64,000 bases of DNA from an uncultured delta proteobacterium (GCA_963727485.1 CAVSGM010000011.1:64001-128000), one strand, 5' to 3'. Counted from the first letter of the stretch, positions 1 to 12,127 are shown. The notes: generated by a model from the sequence alone, not told the origin. A program made the numbers and translations.

Positions 1-1
1 G

Positions 2-1876
2 TCGAGGCTCGACCACGCCACGCCCCACGCGGTGCCCGGCGTCCACGTGCGCCACCGCAAGCCCCTCACCCGCGCCGGCTACCTGGCCCTGCTGCGCTGG
101 CTCCGCAAGCAGGCCCGGATCGACCTCGGGTCGGCGCCGGCGAAGAAGATCGATCACCTGGGGCGCAAGGGCGCCCGGGCCCTGAACCGGCTGGGGGTGG
201 CCCTCCAGATCGTGCCGGGCGGCCAGGTCGCCTCGACCTACGCGCTGGCCGCCGCCGCCCTGAAGCGCCCGGCCGACGCCCTCATCGCCGCCAACCTCGG
301 GGTCGCCCTCTACAACGACCAGGACCTGCCCCGCGCCTACGACGTCCTCGGCTACGCCCTGGCCCTCCACCCCAAGAACCCCGTGGCCCTCTCCAGCCGC
401 GGCTTCGTGGCGATGTACCTCGGCGATCTCACCGCCGCCGCGTCGTTCTTCCACCAGGCGGTGCAGCTGGCGCCCAAGCTCGCCGATCCCGAGGTGGGGC
501 TGGCGCTCGTCGCCCGGGCCCGGGGCGACCAGCGGCAGATGATCGCCGCGGCGGGCAAGGCCATCGTCAAGGGATTGGGATCCATGGTGACCCAGGCGAT
601 GGAGGCGTCGGTGCATGCGCGGGAGAGCGTGCCGCAGCGCGCCCAGGACACGCCCATCGCCGAGATGGGCCCGCCGTCGGTGGGCGGGATCGTCATCGAC
701 CTCCACGCGGGATCGAGCCTCCGCTACCCGATGTGGGGCATGCCCGCGGACGCCCACCGGGCCGTCGGCCACCTCGCCGACATCACCACCTTCATCCTCC
801 ACGAGAAGAAGCGGCTCCTGGGGCTGACCAAGGCCCGGCTCGCGGTGGACCGGCAGTACTCGGCGGCGCAGGCGGCGAAGCGCCAGGCGCTCGGCGGCCG
901 CAAGCTCATCCGCTTGAGCCCGCGCATCCTGGCCGTCCTCACCGACCTCTCCGACGTCTACGACGCGCGGAGCGTGCTCGCCCTCGAGGCGTGGAAGCGG
1001 CGGAACCACCGCTTCGAGAAGGAGGCCGACGCCGCCCTCGTCTCCCTGCGCCAGGCCTACCTCAGCGCCAGCGCCGGCTGCGGGGAAGACCGGAAGTGCC
1101 AGGATTGGGTGGACTACGAGTACTGCGTGAAGTTCAACAACCAGGGCAAGGAGCTCCACTCCGCGTGGAGCGCGGCCTGGGCCAGCACCCAGAACGATCA
1201 GCGCCAGCTGATGACCACGTACTTCAAGGAGGGCGACCCCTACGTCGACGGGATCGCGGATCCCACGCTCCAGCGCGTCTACCAGCTCGACCGGGTGGTC
1301 CGCTTCCACACCTTTCTCCTGGCGACCCGGTTGGAGGTCCAGAGATGGATGCCCCACCTGAGCCCCTTCGTCGGGCGTGAGTGCATCCCGCCGCCGAAGG
1401 AGCCGGCGTCCAACCCCTGGCAGGACGACGCCAAGACCAAGGACCCCAAGCCGGGGCACTGCGTCCCGCCCCCCGGTGAGCTGGGCGTTGGGGTCCTGGG
1501 CCTGGCGTGGGACTGCAACAGCCTCACCGTCAAGGGCGGCGAGGGGCTCATCGTCGGGGTCAAGATCGCCTTCTCCGGCGCCAACGGCAAGGGGACCCCC
1601 AGCGGCCAGACCGAGACCACCCTGATGATCGGCGTGGGGGACCAGGCCCTGATCGGCGGGGTGAACGTCCATGACGACGCGATGCTCACCGGCACCTTCA
1701 CCGGGAACGGGATGGTCGACGCCAGCCTCAAGGTCGAGGCCGGCATGGACGCCGGGATGATGGGCGCCAAGCTCTCCGCCGGCGCCGAGATCGGCGTCTC
1801 CTACCGCGGCGGTCTCAAGGCGGCGGGGTCGGCGGGCATCGGCTACGGGGGCGTGGGGCTCAAGGCCAACCTCTAG
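2..1876 (+). CDS. TPR-repeat protein, probably secreted; 5' end outside window
   Basis: Frame open to the window edge; TPR-like motifs (ANLGVALY, ALALHPKNPVALSSRG, AVQLAPKLADPEVGLA); Cys pairs and Gly-rich beta C-terminus. Confidence 0.7.
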   Translation, partial: SRLDHATPHAVPGVHVRHRKPLTRAGYLALLRWLRKQARIDLGSAPAKKIDHLGRKGARALNRLGVALQIVPGGQVASTYALAAAALKRPADALIAANLGVALYNDQDLPRAYDVLGYALALHPKNPVALSSRGFVAMYLGDLTAAASFFHQAVQLAPKLADPEVGLALVARARGDQRQMIAAAGKAIVKGLGSMVTQAMEASVHARESVPQRAQDTPIAEMGPPSVGGIVIDLHAGSSLRYPMWGMPADAHRAVGHLADITTFILHEKKRLLGLTKARLAVDRQYSAAQAAKRQALGGRKLIRLSPRILAVLTDLSDVYDARSVLALEAWKRRNHRFEKEADAALVSLRQAYLSASAGCGEDRKCQDWVDYEYCVKFNNQGKELHSAWSAAWASTQNDQRQLMTTYFKEGDPYVDGIADPTLQRVYQLDRVVRFHTFLLATRLEVQRWMPHLSPFVGRECIPPPKEPASNPWQDDAKTKDPKPGHCVPPPGELGVGVLGLAWDCNSLTVKGGEGLIVGVKIAFSGANGKGTPSGQTETTLMIGVGDQALIGGVNVHDDAMLTGTFTGNGMVDASLKVEAGMDAGMMGAKLSAGAEIGVSYRGGLKAAGSAGIGYGGVGLKANL

Positions 1877-1893
1877 GGATCGCCGGCGGCCGG

Positions 1894-2697
1894 CTACCCG
1901 AAGTGGAACGACGAGAGGGTCACGCCCAGAAACCGCCCGCGCCAGGCGACCTGCCCCCGGTCCTCCCCGGCGGCGCCGGCGGCGACCATCAGCGGGATGA
2001 GGTGCTCCTCGCGCGGGTGGGCCTCCCGGGCCCGGGGGGCCTCGGTCCACTGGGCGAGGCGGGCGTCGCGGGCCTCGGGCTCGGCGGTGACCGCGCCCTC
2101 GAGCCAGGCGTCGAAGGCCTCGGAGACCGCCGCCGCGCCCGGCCGGCCAAAGCCCCGGAGGTCGTGGTAGGTCATGCCGCTGCCCACGATGAGCACGCCC
2201 TCGTCGCGCAGGGGCATGAGCGCCCGGCCCAGGCGCAGGTGCACCCCGGGGTCGAGGCCGCGGACCAGCGAGAGCTGGAGGACGGGCACCTCGGCGCCCG
2301 GCCAGGCGACCTTGAGGGGCACGAAGGTCCCGTGGTCGTAGCCGCGCTCGGGATCCCGGGCGGTCTCGAAGCCGGCCTCGGCGAGGAGCGCCTCGACCCG
2401 GGGTGCCAGCGACGGGGCGCCCGGCGCGGGCCAGGTCAGCTCATACGACGCCGGCGGGAAGCCGTAGTAGTCGAAGTAGAGGGGCGGGTTCTCGCCGGTC
2501 ATCAGGGTGGGGACCGGCGCCTCCCAGTGGGCCGACACCGCGAGGATCGCCTGGGGCGCCGAGGGGGCCACCGCGGGCACCGAGCGCAGGTAGCCCACGA
2601 GGTCCTGGACCTCGGCAGGGTCGAGGCCCATCTCGACGAAGGGCCAGGGGCCGCCCCCGTGGGGGAGGCTGACGACGGGCATCCGGGTGGGGCTCAT
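1894..2697 (-). CDS. DODA/LigB-type extradiol ring-cleavage dioxygenase (YgiD-like)
   Basis: Motifs PHGGGPWP, SAHWE, RGYDHG, GSGMTYHDL, AHPREEHLIPL. Confidence 0.9.
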   Translation of the reverse strand: MSPTRMPVVSLPHGGGPWPFVEMGLDPAEVQDLVGYLRSVPAVAPSAPQAILAVSAHWEAPVPTLMTGENPPLYFDYYGFPPASYELTWPAPGAPSLAPRVEALLAEAGFETARDPERGYDHGTFVPLKVAWPGAEVPVLQLSLVRGLDPGVHLRLGRALMPLRDEGVLIVGSGMTYHDLRGFGRPGAAAVSEAFDAWLEGAVTAEPEARDARLAQWTEAPRAREAHPREEHLIPLMVAAGAAGEDRGQVAWRGRFLGVTLSSFHFG

Positions 2698-2727
2698 GGG
2701 GTCCACGGTAGAACCCGGTGCGCGGGT

Positions 2728-3621
2728 TCACCAGCGGGCCGGCCGGACGTCGACCACACCCCAGAGCAGCGCCCGCTCGTCCGCCGCCCGGTTGTCGACC
2801 TCCTCGCCGGTCGGCTCGCCGAAGCTCCGGAGCACCACCTTGGCCCCGGGGGCCGCCGCGTGCCTCACCGCGGCGAAGAGCCGGGCGCGGAAGTCCGGCG
2901 GAGCGCCGTCGAGGATGTTGGAGAGGGTGAAGGCGTCGAAGCGGCCGGCGGGTCCCGCCTCCAGGTACTCGGCGACGTCGCCGAGGACCAGCTCCACCTG
3001 CGCGGCCTCGGCCGGCGGCGGCGCGTCGGTGAAGCTGCCGAGGAGCAGGCCCCGGGCGTAGGGGTTGGTGCGGTTCGGGTGGCGGGTGAGCCCCCGTTCG
3101 AGCCGCCGGCGCATCACCCGCCCGAGGTGGGGGGGCAGGAAGTCGAGGAACGGCGGGGCGTAGACCGCGCGCAGGGCGGTCACCGAGAACGCGGCGTCGA
3201 AGGCGGCCCGGAACCGCCGGGTGTCGAGGTGGCGCCGCCAGTCGTCGGCCTGGGCCTCGGGGTCGTCGAGGTCGAGGAAGGTCTCGAGGCGCGACCGGGT
3301 CCAGCCCACCAGCGGCGCCAGGCGCCGGCCGAAGCCCATGACCTTCTCCGCCGTCCCGCGCACCGCCCTGGCCCCGGCGAGGCGGCGGGCGGCGTAGTCG
3401 AGCTGGCCGGGGTTGATGTCCACGGCCACCACCGGGTGGCGCGGGGCCAGGGCCATGGCGGTGTCCCCGGCGGAGGCGATGCACAGCACCCGGGCGCCCG
3501 GGGGGAAGACCTCGAGCTCGACCCGTGGATCCTCGTACATCCGGCCGAAGAGCACCTTGGCGGGGCCGGCGCGGTCGTCGAAGCGGCCGCGGGCCCAGGG
3601 CGTGGCGTCAGGCTCGCTCAT
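2728..3621 (-). CDS. DUF3419/BtaA-like SAM-dependent transferase
   Basis: MYEDPRVE, VLCIASAGD, AVDINPGQL, FTLSNILD motifs; ATG overlaps upstream stop (ATGA 3618-3621). Confidence 0.7.
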   Translation of the reverse strand: MSEPDATPWARGRFDDRAGPAKVLFGRMYEDPRVELEVFPPGARVLCIASAGDTAMALAPRHPVVAVDINPGQLDYAARRLAGARAVRGTAEKVMGFGRRLAPLVGWTRSRLETFLDLDDPEAQADDWRRHLDTRRFRAAFDAAFSVTALRAVYAPPFLDFLPPHLGRVMRRRLERGLTRHPNRTNPYARGLLLGSFTDAPPPAEAAQVELVLGDVAEYLEAGPAGRFDAFTLSNILDGAPPDFRARLFAAVRHAAAPGAKVVLRSFGEPTGEEVDNRAADERALLWGVVDVRPARW

Positions 3622-3992
3622 CGGAGGCCCGCGGCCACCCAGGCCAGCACCAGGAACGCGGCGTTCTTCACCACCATCCCCGCCGGGTCGTGGATGAGGT
3701 GCCGGGACCAGAGGAGGCCGTTGGCGTTGAGGGTGACCAGAAGCGCGGTCTGGGCGATGGCGCAGGGCACCGGCCACCAGCCGCCGAGGACCCAGACGCC
3801 GAGGGCGGTCTCGGTGATCCCGAGGGCGGGGATGAAGAGCCAGGCCACCTTCCGGCCCAGCCTCGGCACCGCCTCGACGATGGAGACCTGGTTGGGGTCG
3901 CGGCCGAGGAGTTTGCACCACAGCCCCTCGTAGAACCACACCGCGGCCACCGCCCCGTGGACCAGCCACACCGGCACCAGCAGTCCGTTCAC
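3618..3992 (-). CDS. DoxX-like membrane protein
   Basis: VWFYEGLWCKLLG ... IHDPAGMVVKN; about 4 TM segments; GTGA coupling to upstream gene. Confidence 0.7.
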   Translation of the reverse strand: MNGLLVPVWLVHGAVAAVWFYEGLWCKLLGRDPNQVSIVEAVPRLGRKVAWLFIPALGITETALGVWVLGGWWPVPCAIAQTALLVTLNANGLLWSRHLIHDPAGMVVKNAAFLVLAWVAAGLR

Positions 3993-4525
3993 CGGGCACC
4001 CTCGGGGCCGGCCTCGGCGGCGCGGCGCATCGCCCGGAGGATGTGGCGGTGGAAGGCGTGGCAGACCAGGCGCTCCACCGGCCCCCAGAACCAGCGGGGC
4101 CGCCGGGGGCTGTGGTAGCGGGTGGTGACCGAGACCCCGGTGCGACCCCCTTCGCCGGAGTTGAGGCGGTACTCGCCGCCGGAGAGGCGCATGCCGCCCA
4201 CGTCGAGCGCCTGCTCCACCACCTCGAAGGCGTAGCGTTCGCCCGGGGCGATGCCGGTGACGCGCTTGACCAGGTGTCCGCCCTGGTAGAGGCAGAGGGC
4301 CTCGTCGCCGACCTCGGACTTGCGCCCCCGGGTCTCGAGGGGCACCGGGAGCAGCCGGCGCAGCAGCCACGGGGGCGGTCGGTCGATCTGCTCGTAGAAG
4401 AGCAGCGACGACCAGACCCGGGCCGGGTCGGCGGCGAAGGCCATGGAGGTGGTCACGGTGGCGGCGGTGCCGGCCGTCGAGGCGTTGCCAGGTGCACCGA
4501 CGGGTGCGCTGGTGCGAGCGTTCAT
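3989..4525 (-). CDS. SRPBCC/polyketide cyclase-like protein
   Basis: ADPARVWSSL start and C-terminal helix typical of SRPBCC; first gene of a coupled operon. Confidence 0.6.
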   Translation of the reverse strand: MNARTSAPVGAPGNASTAGTAATVTTSMAFAADPARVWSSLLFYEQIDRPPPWLLRRLLPVPLETRGRKSEVGDEALCLYQGGHLVKRVTGIAPGERYAFEVVEQALDVGGMRLSGGEYRLNSGEGGRTGVSVTTRYHSPRRPRWFWGPVERLVCHAFHRHILRAMRRAAEAGPEGAR

Positions 4526-4603
4526 GCGTCTCCCCCGGGCTATCGCGGCAGGGCCGCGCCTGGGGCAGCCTACGCGCCGGATGGGGCCGAGGCTAGTCTC
4601 GCG

Positions 4604-4863
4604 TCAGGAGCGGCGCGCCTTGCCCAGGTGGACGATCTGGGCGCCGGGCCCGGTCGACGCCTCCCCGGCCTTCGCGGCCCGCTTGCGCTGCTTCGCCGCC
4701 TGCTTGCGCAGCTTCTCCTGCATCGCCGGGTTCAGGGCGCAGCCGGAGCACCCGCCGGCCTCGTCCTCGGAGCGGGTGAGCTGGGCCCAGAGGCGGCGCA
4801 CCACGTAGGCCGCGGCCACCGCCACGATCACCAGCACCACCACCAGCTGCACGGTCTGGCCCA

Positions 4864-4864
<1 letters not shown>
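4604..4864 (-). CDS. FeoB-associated Cys-rich membrane protein
   Basis: N-terminal TM followed by GGCSGC; start overlaps feoB stop. Confidence 0.75.
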
Positions 4865-7148
<2,284 letters not shown>

Positions 7149-7155
<7 letters not shown>

Positions 7156-7373
7156 GGCTCCACCTCGATCTGCTCCGCCTCCTCCTTGCGGACCGAGAGG
7201 TGGTAGCCGCGGACCTTGATCTCGATGGGGTCGCCCAGCGGCGCGAAGCGCACCACCTCGAGGATGGTGCCCTTGAGGACCCCCATCTCCAGGATGCGTC
7301 CGGGAGGCCGGGGCGTGCGCCAGCCGGAGACCTTCACGCGGTCTCCGGGCTTCAGCGTATCGAGGGTGGTCAT
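7149..7373 (-). CDS. feoA: Ferrous iron transport protein FeoA
   Basis: EMGV..G...VVRFAPLGDPIEIKVRGYHLS. Confidence 0.93.
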
Positions 7374-7621
7374 GCCACCTGCTCGCGCACCAGCACCCGG
7401 CGCGCGGCGTCGGTGGCCACGGCGATGCGGGCCTCGTCGATGCCCAGCACCACCTGCCCGGCCGCCCGGTGGACGATGCGGGCGAGCGCCCCCTCGCGGA
7501 CGCCGAGCTCCCTAAGGCGGGCGGCGACCTCGCGGGCCAGGCTCAAGGTGAAGATCTCGACGTAGCGGCCCACGGGCACGCTGCCCAGGGGGACGGGGGG
7601 CATCTGGGGGGGGGTGCTCAT
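7370..7621 (-). CDS. feoA: FeoA family protein (second copy)
   Basis: RLRELGVREGA..RI; ATGA-coupled to next feoA. Confidence 0.85.
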   Translation of the reverse strand: MSTPPQMPPVPLGSVPVGRYVEIFTLSLAREVAARLRELGVREGALARIVHRAAGQVVLGIDEARIAVATDAARRVLVREQVA

Positions 7622-7630
7622 CTTGATGGA

Positions 7631-7666
7631 ATCCTAGGCGCGTCTAATTGAGAACGCAAGTCAGTT
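7631..7666 (-). promoter_or_regulatory. sigma70-like promoter of feo operon overlapped by a Fur-like box
   Basis: Minus strand TTGCGT-17 nt-TAGGAT; AATTGA-N9-TCAGTT inverted repeat (7646-7666) has the TGA-N9-TCA geometry of Fur boxes; AT-rich island. Confidence 0.65.
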
Positions 7667-7754
7667 TCACAATGCTCGCGAAAAACCATCCGGGGACACG
7701 AATCCTTCCTTGGGGGTCCTATCCACCAATCCCCGGCGCGCACGCCGGTCCGGG

Positions 7755-8306
7755 TCAGGCCCGGTCGAGGAGGGCGAGGACGTGGTCGCGCACGTCCCCG
7801 GGCCAGGGGGCCAGGCGCGCCTCGAGGGCCTCGCGGTCGCCGGCGTAGAGGGCCCGGCTCGCCTCCTCGAAGCCCGGGAGGTCCCCGGCCAGGGCCCACA
7901 TGAACCGGCCGGCGGCGGTCTGGCGGCGTCTCGCGCGCCCGGCGTCGGGCTCGTGCTTGCGCGCCTCGTCCACCAGGCGCCGGAGGGTCGCCGAGATGCC
8001 CCCGGGCTGGGCCTCGAGCCAGTCCCAGTGCCGGGGCAGGAGGGTCACCTCCCGGGAGACGACGCCGAGGCGCGGGCGGCCCGGGCCCCTCGGCTTCGGG
8101 GGTGGGGCGGCGCGGTCGGCGACCTCCTCGGGGGTGCCGCGGAGGTCGAAGTCGAGCTGCTTGCCGGTCTCGTCGTCGAAGAAGAGCACCGGCCCCTCGC
8201 CCCGGGCGTCGAGGTGGCGGCGGGTGGCGATGAGGGTCTCCCGGAGCGGGCCGGAGGCGATGCGCTCGGTGCCGGCGAAGGCGGTGATGGTGCGAGGGGC
8301 GTCCAT
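7755..8306 (-). CDS. DUF2239 family protein
   Basis: FDDETGKQLDFDLRG, RGPGRPRLGVVSREVTLLPRHWDWL, AGDLPGFEEASRALYA. Confidence 0.88.
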   Translation of the reverse strand: MDAPRTITAFAGTERIASGPLRETLIATRRHLDARGEGPVLFFDDETGKQLDFDLRGTPEEVADRAAPPPKPRGPGRPRLGVVSREVTLLPRHWDWLEAQPGGISATLRRLVDEARKHEPDAGRARRRQTAAGRFMWALAGDLPGFEEASRALYAGDREALEARLAPWPGDVRDHVLALLDRA

Positions 8307-8692
8307 CACGCCTCGGGCTCGAGGACCCGGATGGGATCGAAGAAGAGGTCCGGGTAGCCCCGGGACGCGAGGTGATCGTGGACCCGCTCGCCTATCACGA
8401 TGCCCGCCGGATCCTCGCCGAGGAGGAAGAGCTCGCGGTCGGGGATCCGCGCCGGGTCGAGGACCACCTCGTCGATGACGTCCATCCCCGGGCCGAGGTG
8501 CTGGTGGTCCGAAGCCGACATCACCGTGCAGTGGACGCAGTCCAGGACGTTGTCGAGGAAGCAGACGAAGGGCTCCTCGAAGTCGGTCCGGAAGGGCTTG
8601 CCCGTGCGCAGGCGGGTCATGCGGTGGGAGCGCTGGAAGAGGGCGGTGCTGTCGCCCCGGAGCTGCCGGGCGAGTCGGTAGTACTTGGCCAT
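8306..8692 (-). CDS. Imm11/DUF1629-like protein, short and possibly internally deleted
   Basis: C-terminal NVLDCV...IDEVVLDPARIP..LFLLGED...IVIGERV pattern recalls Imm11/DUF1629. Confidence 0.5.
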   Translation of the reverse strand: MAKYYRLARQLRGDSTALFQRSHRMTRLRTGKPFRTDFEEPFVCFLDNVLDCVHCTVMSASDHQHLGPGMDVIDEVVLDPARIPDRELFLLGEDPAGIVIGERVHDHLASRGYPDLFFDPIRVLEPEA

Positions 8693-8700
8693 GGGCGCGC

Positions 8701-10395
8701 ATGATACCGTCGCCCCCGGTGGACCCGAAGACCCTCGAGTACTACGAGCGCGAGGCGGCGGAGCTGGCCCGGCGCTACGAGGCCATGGAGGGGGGCGTGG
8801 CCCGGTACTTCCGCCTGGCCTTCCCCGCGGGCGGGCGGATCCTCGACCTCGGCGCCGGCACCGGCCGGGACCTGGCGGCGCTCCACGACGCGGGCCACGA
8901 GGTCTACGGGATCGAGCCCGCCGAGGCCATGCGGAAGGTGAGCCTCGAGCGCCACCCGGAGCTCGAGGGGCGCCTCGTCGCCGGGGCGCTGCCCACGGAT
9001 CTCCCGGACCCGGACGACCTCGGCGGACGCTTCGACGGGGTGCTGTGCTCGGCGGTGCTCCAGCACGTGCCCCGGGCGATGCTCTTCGAGTCGGTCTTCG
9101 CCATCCGGGGGCTCCTGGCCGACGGGGGCCGGGCCCTGGTGTCGGTGCCCGCCACGCGCCCGGGCCTCGACGGGGCGCACCGGGACGACGGCGGGCGCCT
9201 GTTCACGCCACTCACCGCTGGCGAGCTCCAGCTCCTCTTCGAGCGCGCCGGCTTCGTCACCCGGGATCGCTTCGAGGACGCCGACGGCCTCGGCCGCGCC
9301 GGGCACACCTGGACCACCTTCGTCTTCGCCCTCGACGCCGCCGGCGACACCCGGCCCCTGGACCGCATCCAGGCGGTGCTCTCCCAGGACAAGAAGGTCG
9401 CCACCTACAAGCTGGCGCTGGTGCGGGCCCTGTGTGACGTGGCCCTCACCCAGCCCCACCGGGTGCGCTGGCGTCCCGACGGCCAGGTGGCGGTGCCCTT
9501 CACCGCGGTGGCCGAGCGCTGGGTCGGCTACTACTGGCGGCTCTTCGAGGGCGAGGGCTTCCTGCCCCAGACCGCCGGCGCCTGGGGAGCGCAGGTCCAC
9601 AAGGTGGGCTTCGCGGCGCAGCTCGAGACGCTGATGGACCACTACCGGCACCGGGGCGGCCTCTCGGCCTACGTCCTCGACTACCGCGCCGACCGCCTGG
9701 ACGGGGAGGCGGCGTCGGCGAGCCGGAGGCTCCTCGCCCGGACCCGCGACGTGATCCGCAGCGGTCCGGTGACCCACGCCAAGGGCGGCACCGAGCGGCT
9801 CTTCGACCACCAGGGCGGCGACATCCTCGTCGACGCCGCCCTCTGGCGCGAGCTCTCGCTCATGGGGCACTGGGTCCAGGACGCGGTGGTTGTCCGCTGG
9901 GCCGAGAAGACGAGCCAGCTCTCCTTCGGCGAGGTGCCGGTCGCCCGGGTGGTCGATCGCCTCGGCCGGCCGGCCCTGGAGGTGAAGCGGGCCACCCAGG
10001 CCGCCCACGACATCTACGCGGCGCTCCCGGACCTCGAGTGCGTGTGGACCGGTCGCGCGCTGCGGCGCTTCGACGTCGACCACGCCATCCCCTTCTCCCT
10101 GTGGCGCAACAACGACCTGTGGAACCTCCTGCCCGCGGACCCCAGGGTGAACAACAAGAAGCGCGATCGCCTCCCCTCGCGGGCGCTGCTCTCCAAGCGC
10201 CGGGACGCGGTCCTCCGATGCTGGGACGCCACCCGGGCGGCGTCGCCACGGCGCTTCGAGGCCGAGAGCCGCGCCTTCACCGGCGTCGCCGAGGCGAGCT
10301 TCGACGAGCTGTTCCTGGTGCTCCTGGAGTCGGTCGCCGTCACCGCCGCCCAGCGCCGGGTCGGGACCTGGCCGGCGCCTGGAAGGACCGCATGA
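8701..10395 (+). CDS. Class I SAM methyltransferase fused to HNH endonuclease
   Basis: ILDLGAGTGRD and CSAVLQHVP (MTase); TYKLALVRAL; CVWTG..DVDHAIPF..NDLWNLLPA..VNNKKRD (HNH); start could be GTG 8719. Confidence 0.85.
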   Translation: MIPSPPVDPKTLEYYEREAAELARRYEAMEGGVARYFRLAFPAGGRILDLGAGTGRDLAALHDAGHEVYGIEPAEAMRKVSLERHPELEGRLVAGALPTDLPDPDDLGGRFDGVLCSAVLQHVPRAMLFESVFAIRGLLADGGRALVSVPATRPGLDGAHRDDGGRLFTPLTAGELQLLFERAGFVTRDRFEDADGLGRAGHTWTTFVFALDAAGDTRPLDRIQAVLSQDKKVATYKLALVRALCDVALTQPHRVRWRPDGQVAVPFTAVAERWVGYYWRLFEGEGFLPQTAGAWGAQVHKVGFAAQLETLMDHYRHRGGLSAYVLDYRADRLDGEAASASRRLLARTRDVIRSGPVTHAKGGTERLFDHQGGDILVDAALWRELSLMGHWVQDAVVVRWAEKTSQLSFGEVPVARVVDRLGRPALEVKRATQAAHDIYAALPDLECVWTGRALRRFDVDHAIPFSLWRNNDLWNLLPADPRVNNKKRDRLPSRALLSKRRDAVLRCWDATRAASPRRFEAESRAFTGVAEASFDELFLVLLESVAVTAAQRRVGTWPAPGRTA

Positions 10396-10544
10396 ACGAC
10401 GTGCATCTCCTCGAGGCCATCGCCGGGCTCGAGGACTGGCTGGTGGTGCCGGGCCTCGTGAGCCTCCGCGACGGCATCGAGACCCTGTGCCCCCTCGGCG
10501 AGGCCGAGCGGGTGGCCTTCGCGCGGGATGAGGCCTCTCACTGA
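10392..10544 (+). CDS. Small hypothetical protein or gene remnant (50 aa)
   Basis: ATG overlaps stop of MTase-HNH; GC3-rich codons. Confidence 0.35.
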   Translation: MNDVHLLEAIAGLEDWLVVPGLVSLRDGIETLCPLGEAERVAFARDEASH

Positions 10545-10558
10545 GGTATGATCCCGAT

Positions 10559-11979
10559 ATGGTTCGGCCATGTCGGGAGGATGGGAGCCGGAGGCTGGCG
10601 CAGCTGGTGGCGCTGGTGCTCCTCCTAGGGCTGCGCGGTGAGGGTCGGCGGCCCGCCGGGGCCCCCGGGGCCGGGCGGCGGGGGCGGCCGGCGTCGACTA
10701 CGTGGTCGAGGTGCCGGGGGACTGGCCCATCGAGCTCCTGGCGCCGGACCAGACGGTGGCGGCGAAGGCCAACGGGCCCGGCAGCACCCCGACCCCCGTC
10801 CTCGCGTTCACCCCGGGCCTCGCGGGCACCTGGCACCTCCGGCTCGGAGACGGGGCCGACAGCCGCACCGACACCTATACCGTGCGCATCGATCCCAAGG
10901 CGCCGAACCTCCAGGCACGGTCGCCGAGCCCCGGCGGCTCGCTGGCCGCCCTGGCCGGGGGGTTCTACTCGGTGACGGCCTCGGTGAAGAACGCCGGGTT
11001 CCTCGACAGCGGCGCCTACCAGGTGTCCTTCGTCGCCTCGACCGACACCGTCCTCGACGCCGGCGACCAGACGCTCCTCACCGAGACCCGGCCGAGCCTC
11101 GCCCCGGGGGCCCGGGACGACCTTGCCCTCGACCTGCCAATCCCGGCCACCCTTGCCCCCGGGACCTGGCAGCTCCTCGTCGTCGCCGACCCGGCGAACC
11201 AGGTGGTGGAGACCGACGAGACCGACAACGTCAGCCCGCCTCTGGCGCTCCAGGTCCAGGCGCCCCTCTGCGCCCCGGACGGATACGAGGAGGACGACAC
11301 CCTCGCTGACGCCAACCCCGTGACCCTGGGCACGCCCCAGACCCACAACCAGTGCGACGACGGGATGGACTGGGTGCGCTTCGACGCCACCGCCGGGGCC
11401 GGGTACCTGGTGCAGATGAACTTCAGCACCGTCGCCGTATCGGATCGGGCGTCGGCCTACGACGCCTCGGGCACCCTGATCGCCGGGCCCGCCGTCGCCC
11501 GGGCCCCGGGGTTCTGGTTCCAGGCGACCGCCACCGGGCCCTGTGAGCTCGAGCTCGGCCAGTCCCGCTGGGGCAGCACCTACGGCTCCGACAGCGGCGC
11601 CTACACCCTCCAGGTCGACCGCTGCGACGCCGACGCCTACGAGCCCGACGACATCGTGGCCGACGCGGCGCCCATCGCCGTGGGCGACACCCAGCAGCAC
11701 AACGCCTGCGACGCAGCGCACCCCGACTGGCAGGTCTTCGACGCCACCGCCGGCACCACCTACACCGTGAGCACGGGGGTGGTGGGCCCGGCCATCGACA
11801 CCGTCGTCACCCTCGAGAACGCCACGGGCGCGGTGCTGGCCACCAACGACGACGCCAAGCACAACAGCCGCTACTCGCTGGCCACCTGGACCGCGACCTA
11901 CACCGGCAAGGTCTACGTGAAGGTCGACGCCAAGGCCGGGGGCGGGATCAACTCCGACTACACCGTGACCCTCCAGTAG
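10559..11979 (+). CDS. Secreted/lipoprotein with CARDB and PPC-like beta-sandwich domains; two apparent frameshifts near 10629 and 10682
   Basis: Signal LVLLLG/C split over three frames at G runs; VADPANQVVETDETDN (CARDB); D.YE.DD...A..I repeats. Confidence 0.7.
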
Positions 11980-12002
11980 CGCCGGGGCCGCGGCGCGTCC
12001 CT

Positions 12003-12101
12003 CACCGCCTCGCCGGCGCCGTCGGACAGCGGCACCACCTGGGGCTCGTGGGGGTAGGGGCCGGCGACCCCCATCAGGTCGCGGTGGTTCAGGGAGCAGG
12101 C
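12003..12101 (-). pseudogene. Remnant of an MDR-family NAD(P)-dependent alcohol dehydrogenase
   Basis: Isolated fragment ACSLNHRDLM..G.Y...VVPLSDGAGEAV matches the SLNYRDL...PLSDGAGEV motif. Confidence 0.6.
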
Positions 12102-12127
12102 GGGGGGCGGGACGCGCGCGGTGCCCG

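Noticed and set aside
8617..11862. Long antisense ORFs (1081 aa here and many similar)
   Set aside because: Shadow frames expected at this GC content; low-complexity translations opposite well-supported genes
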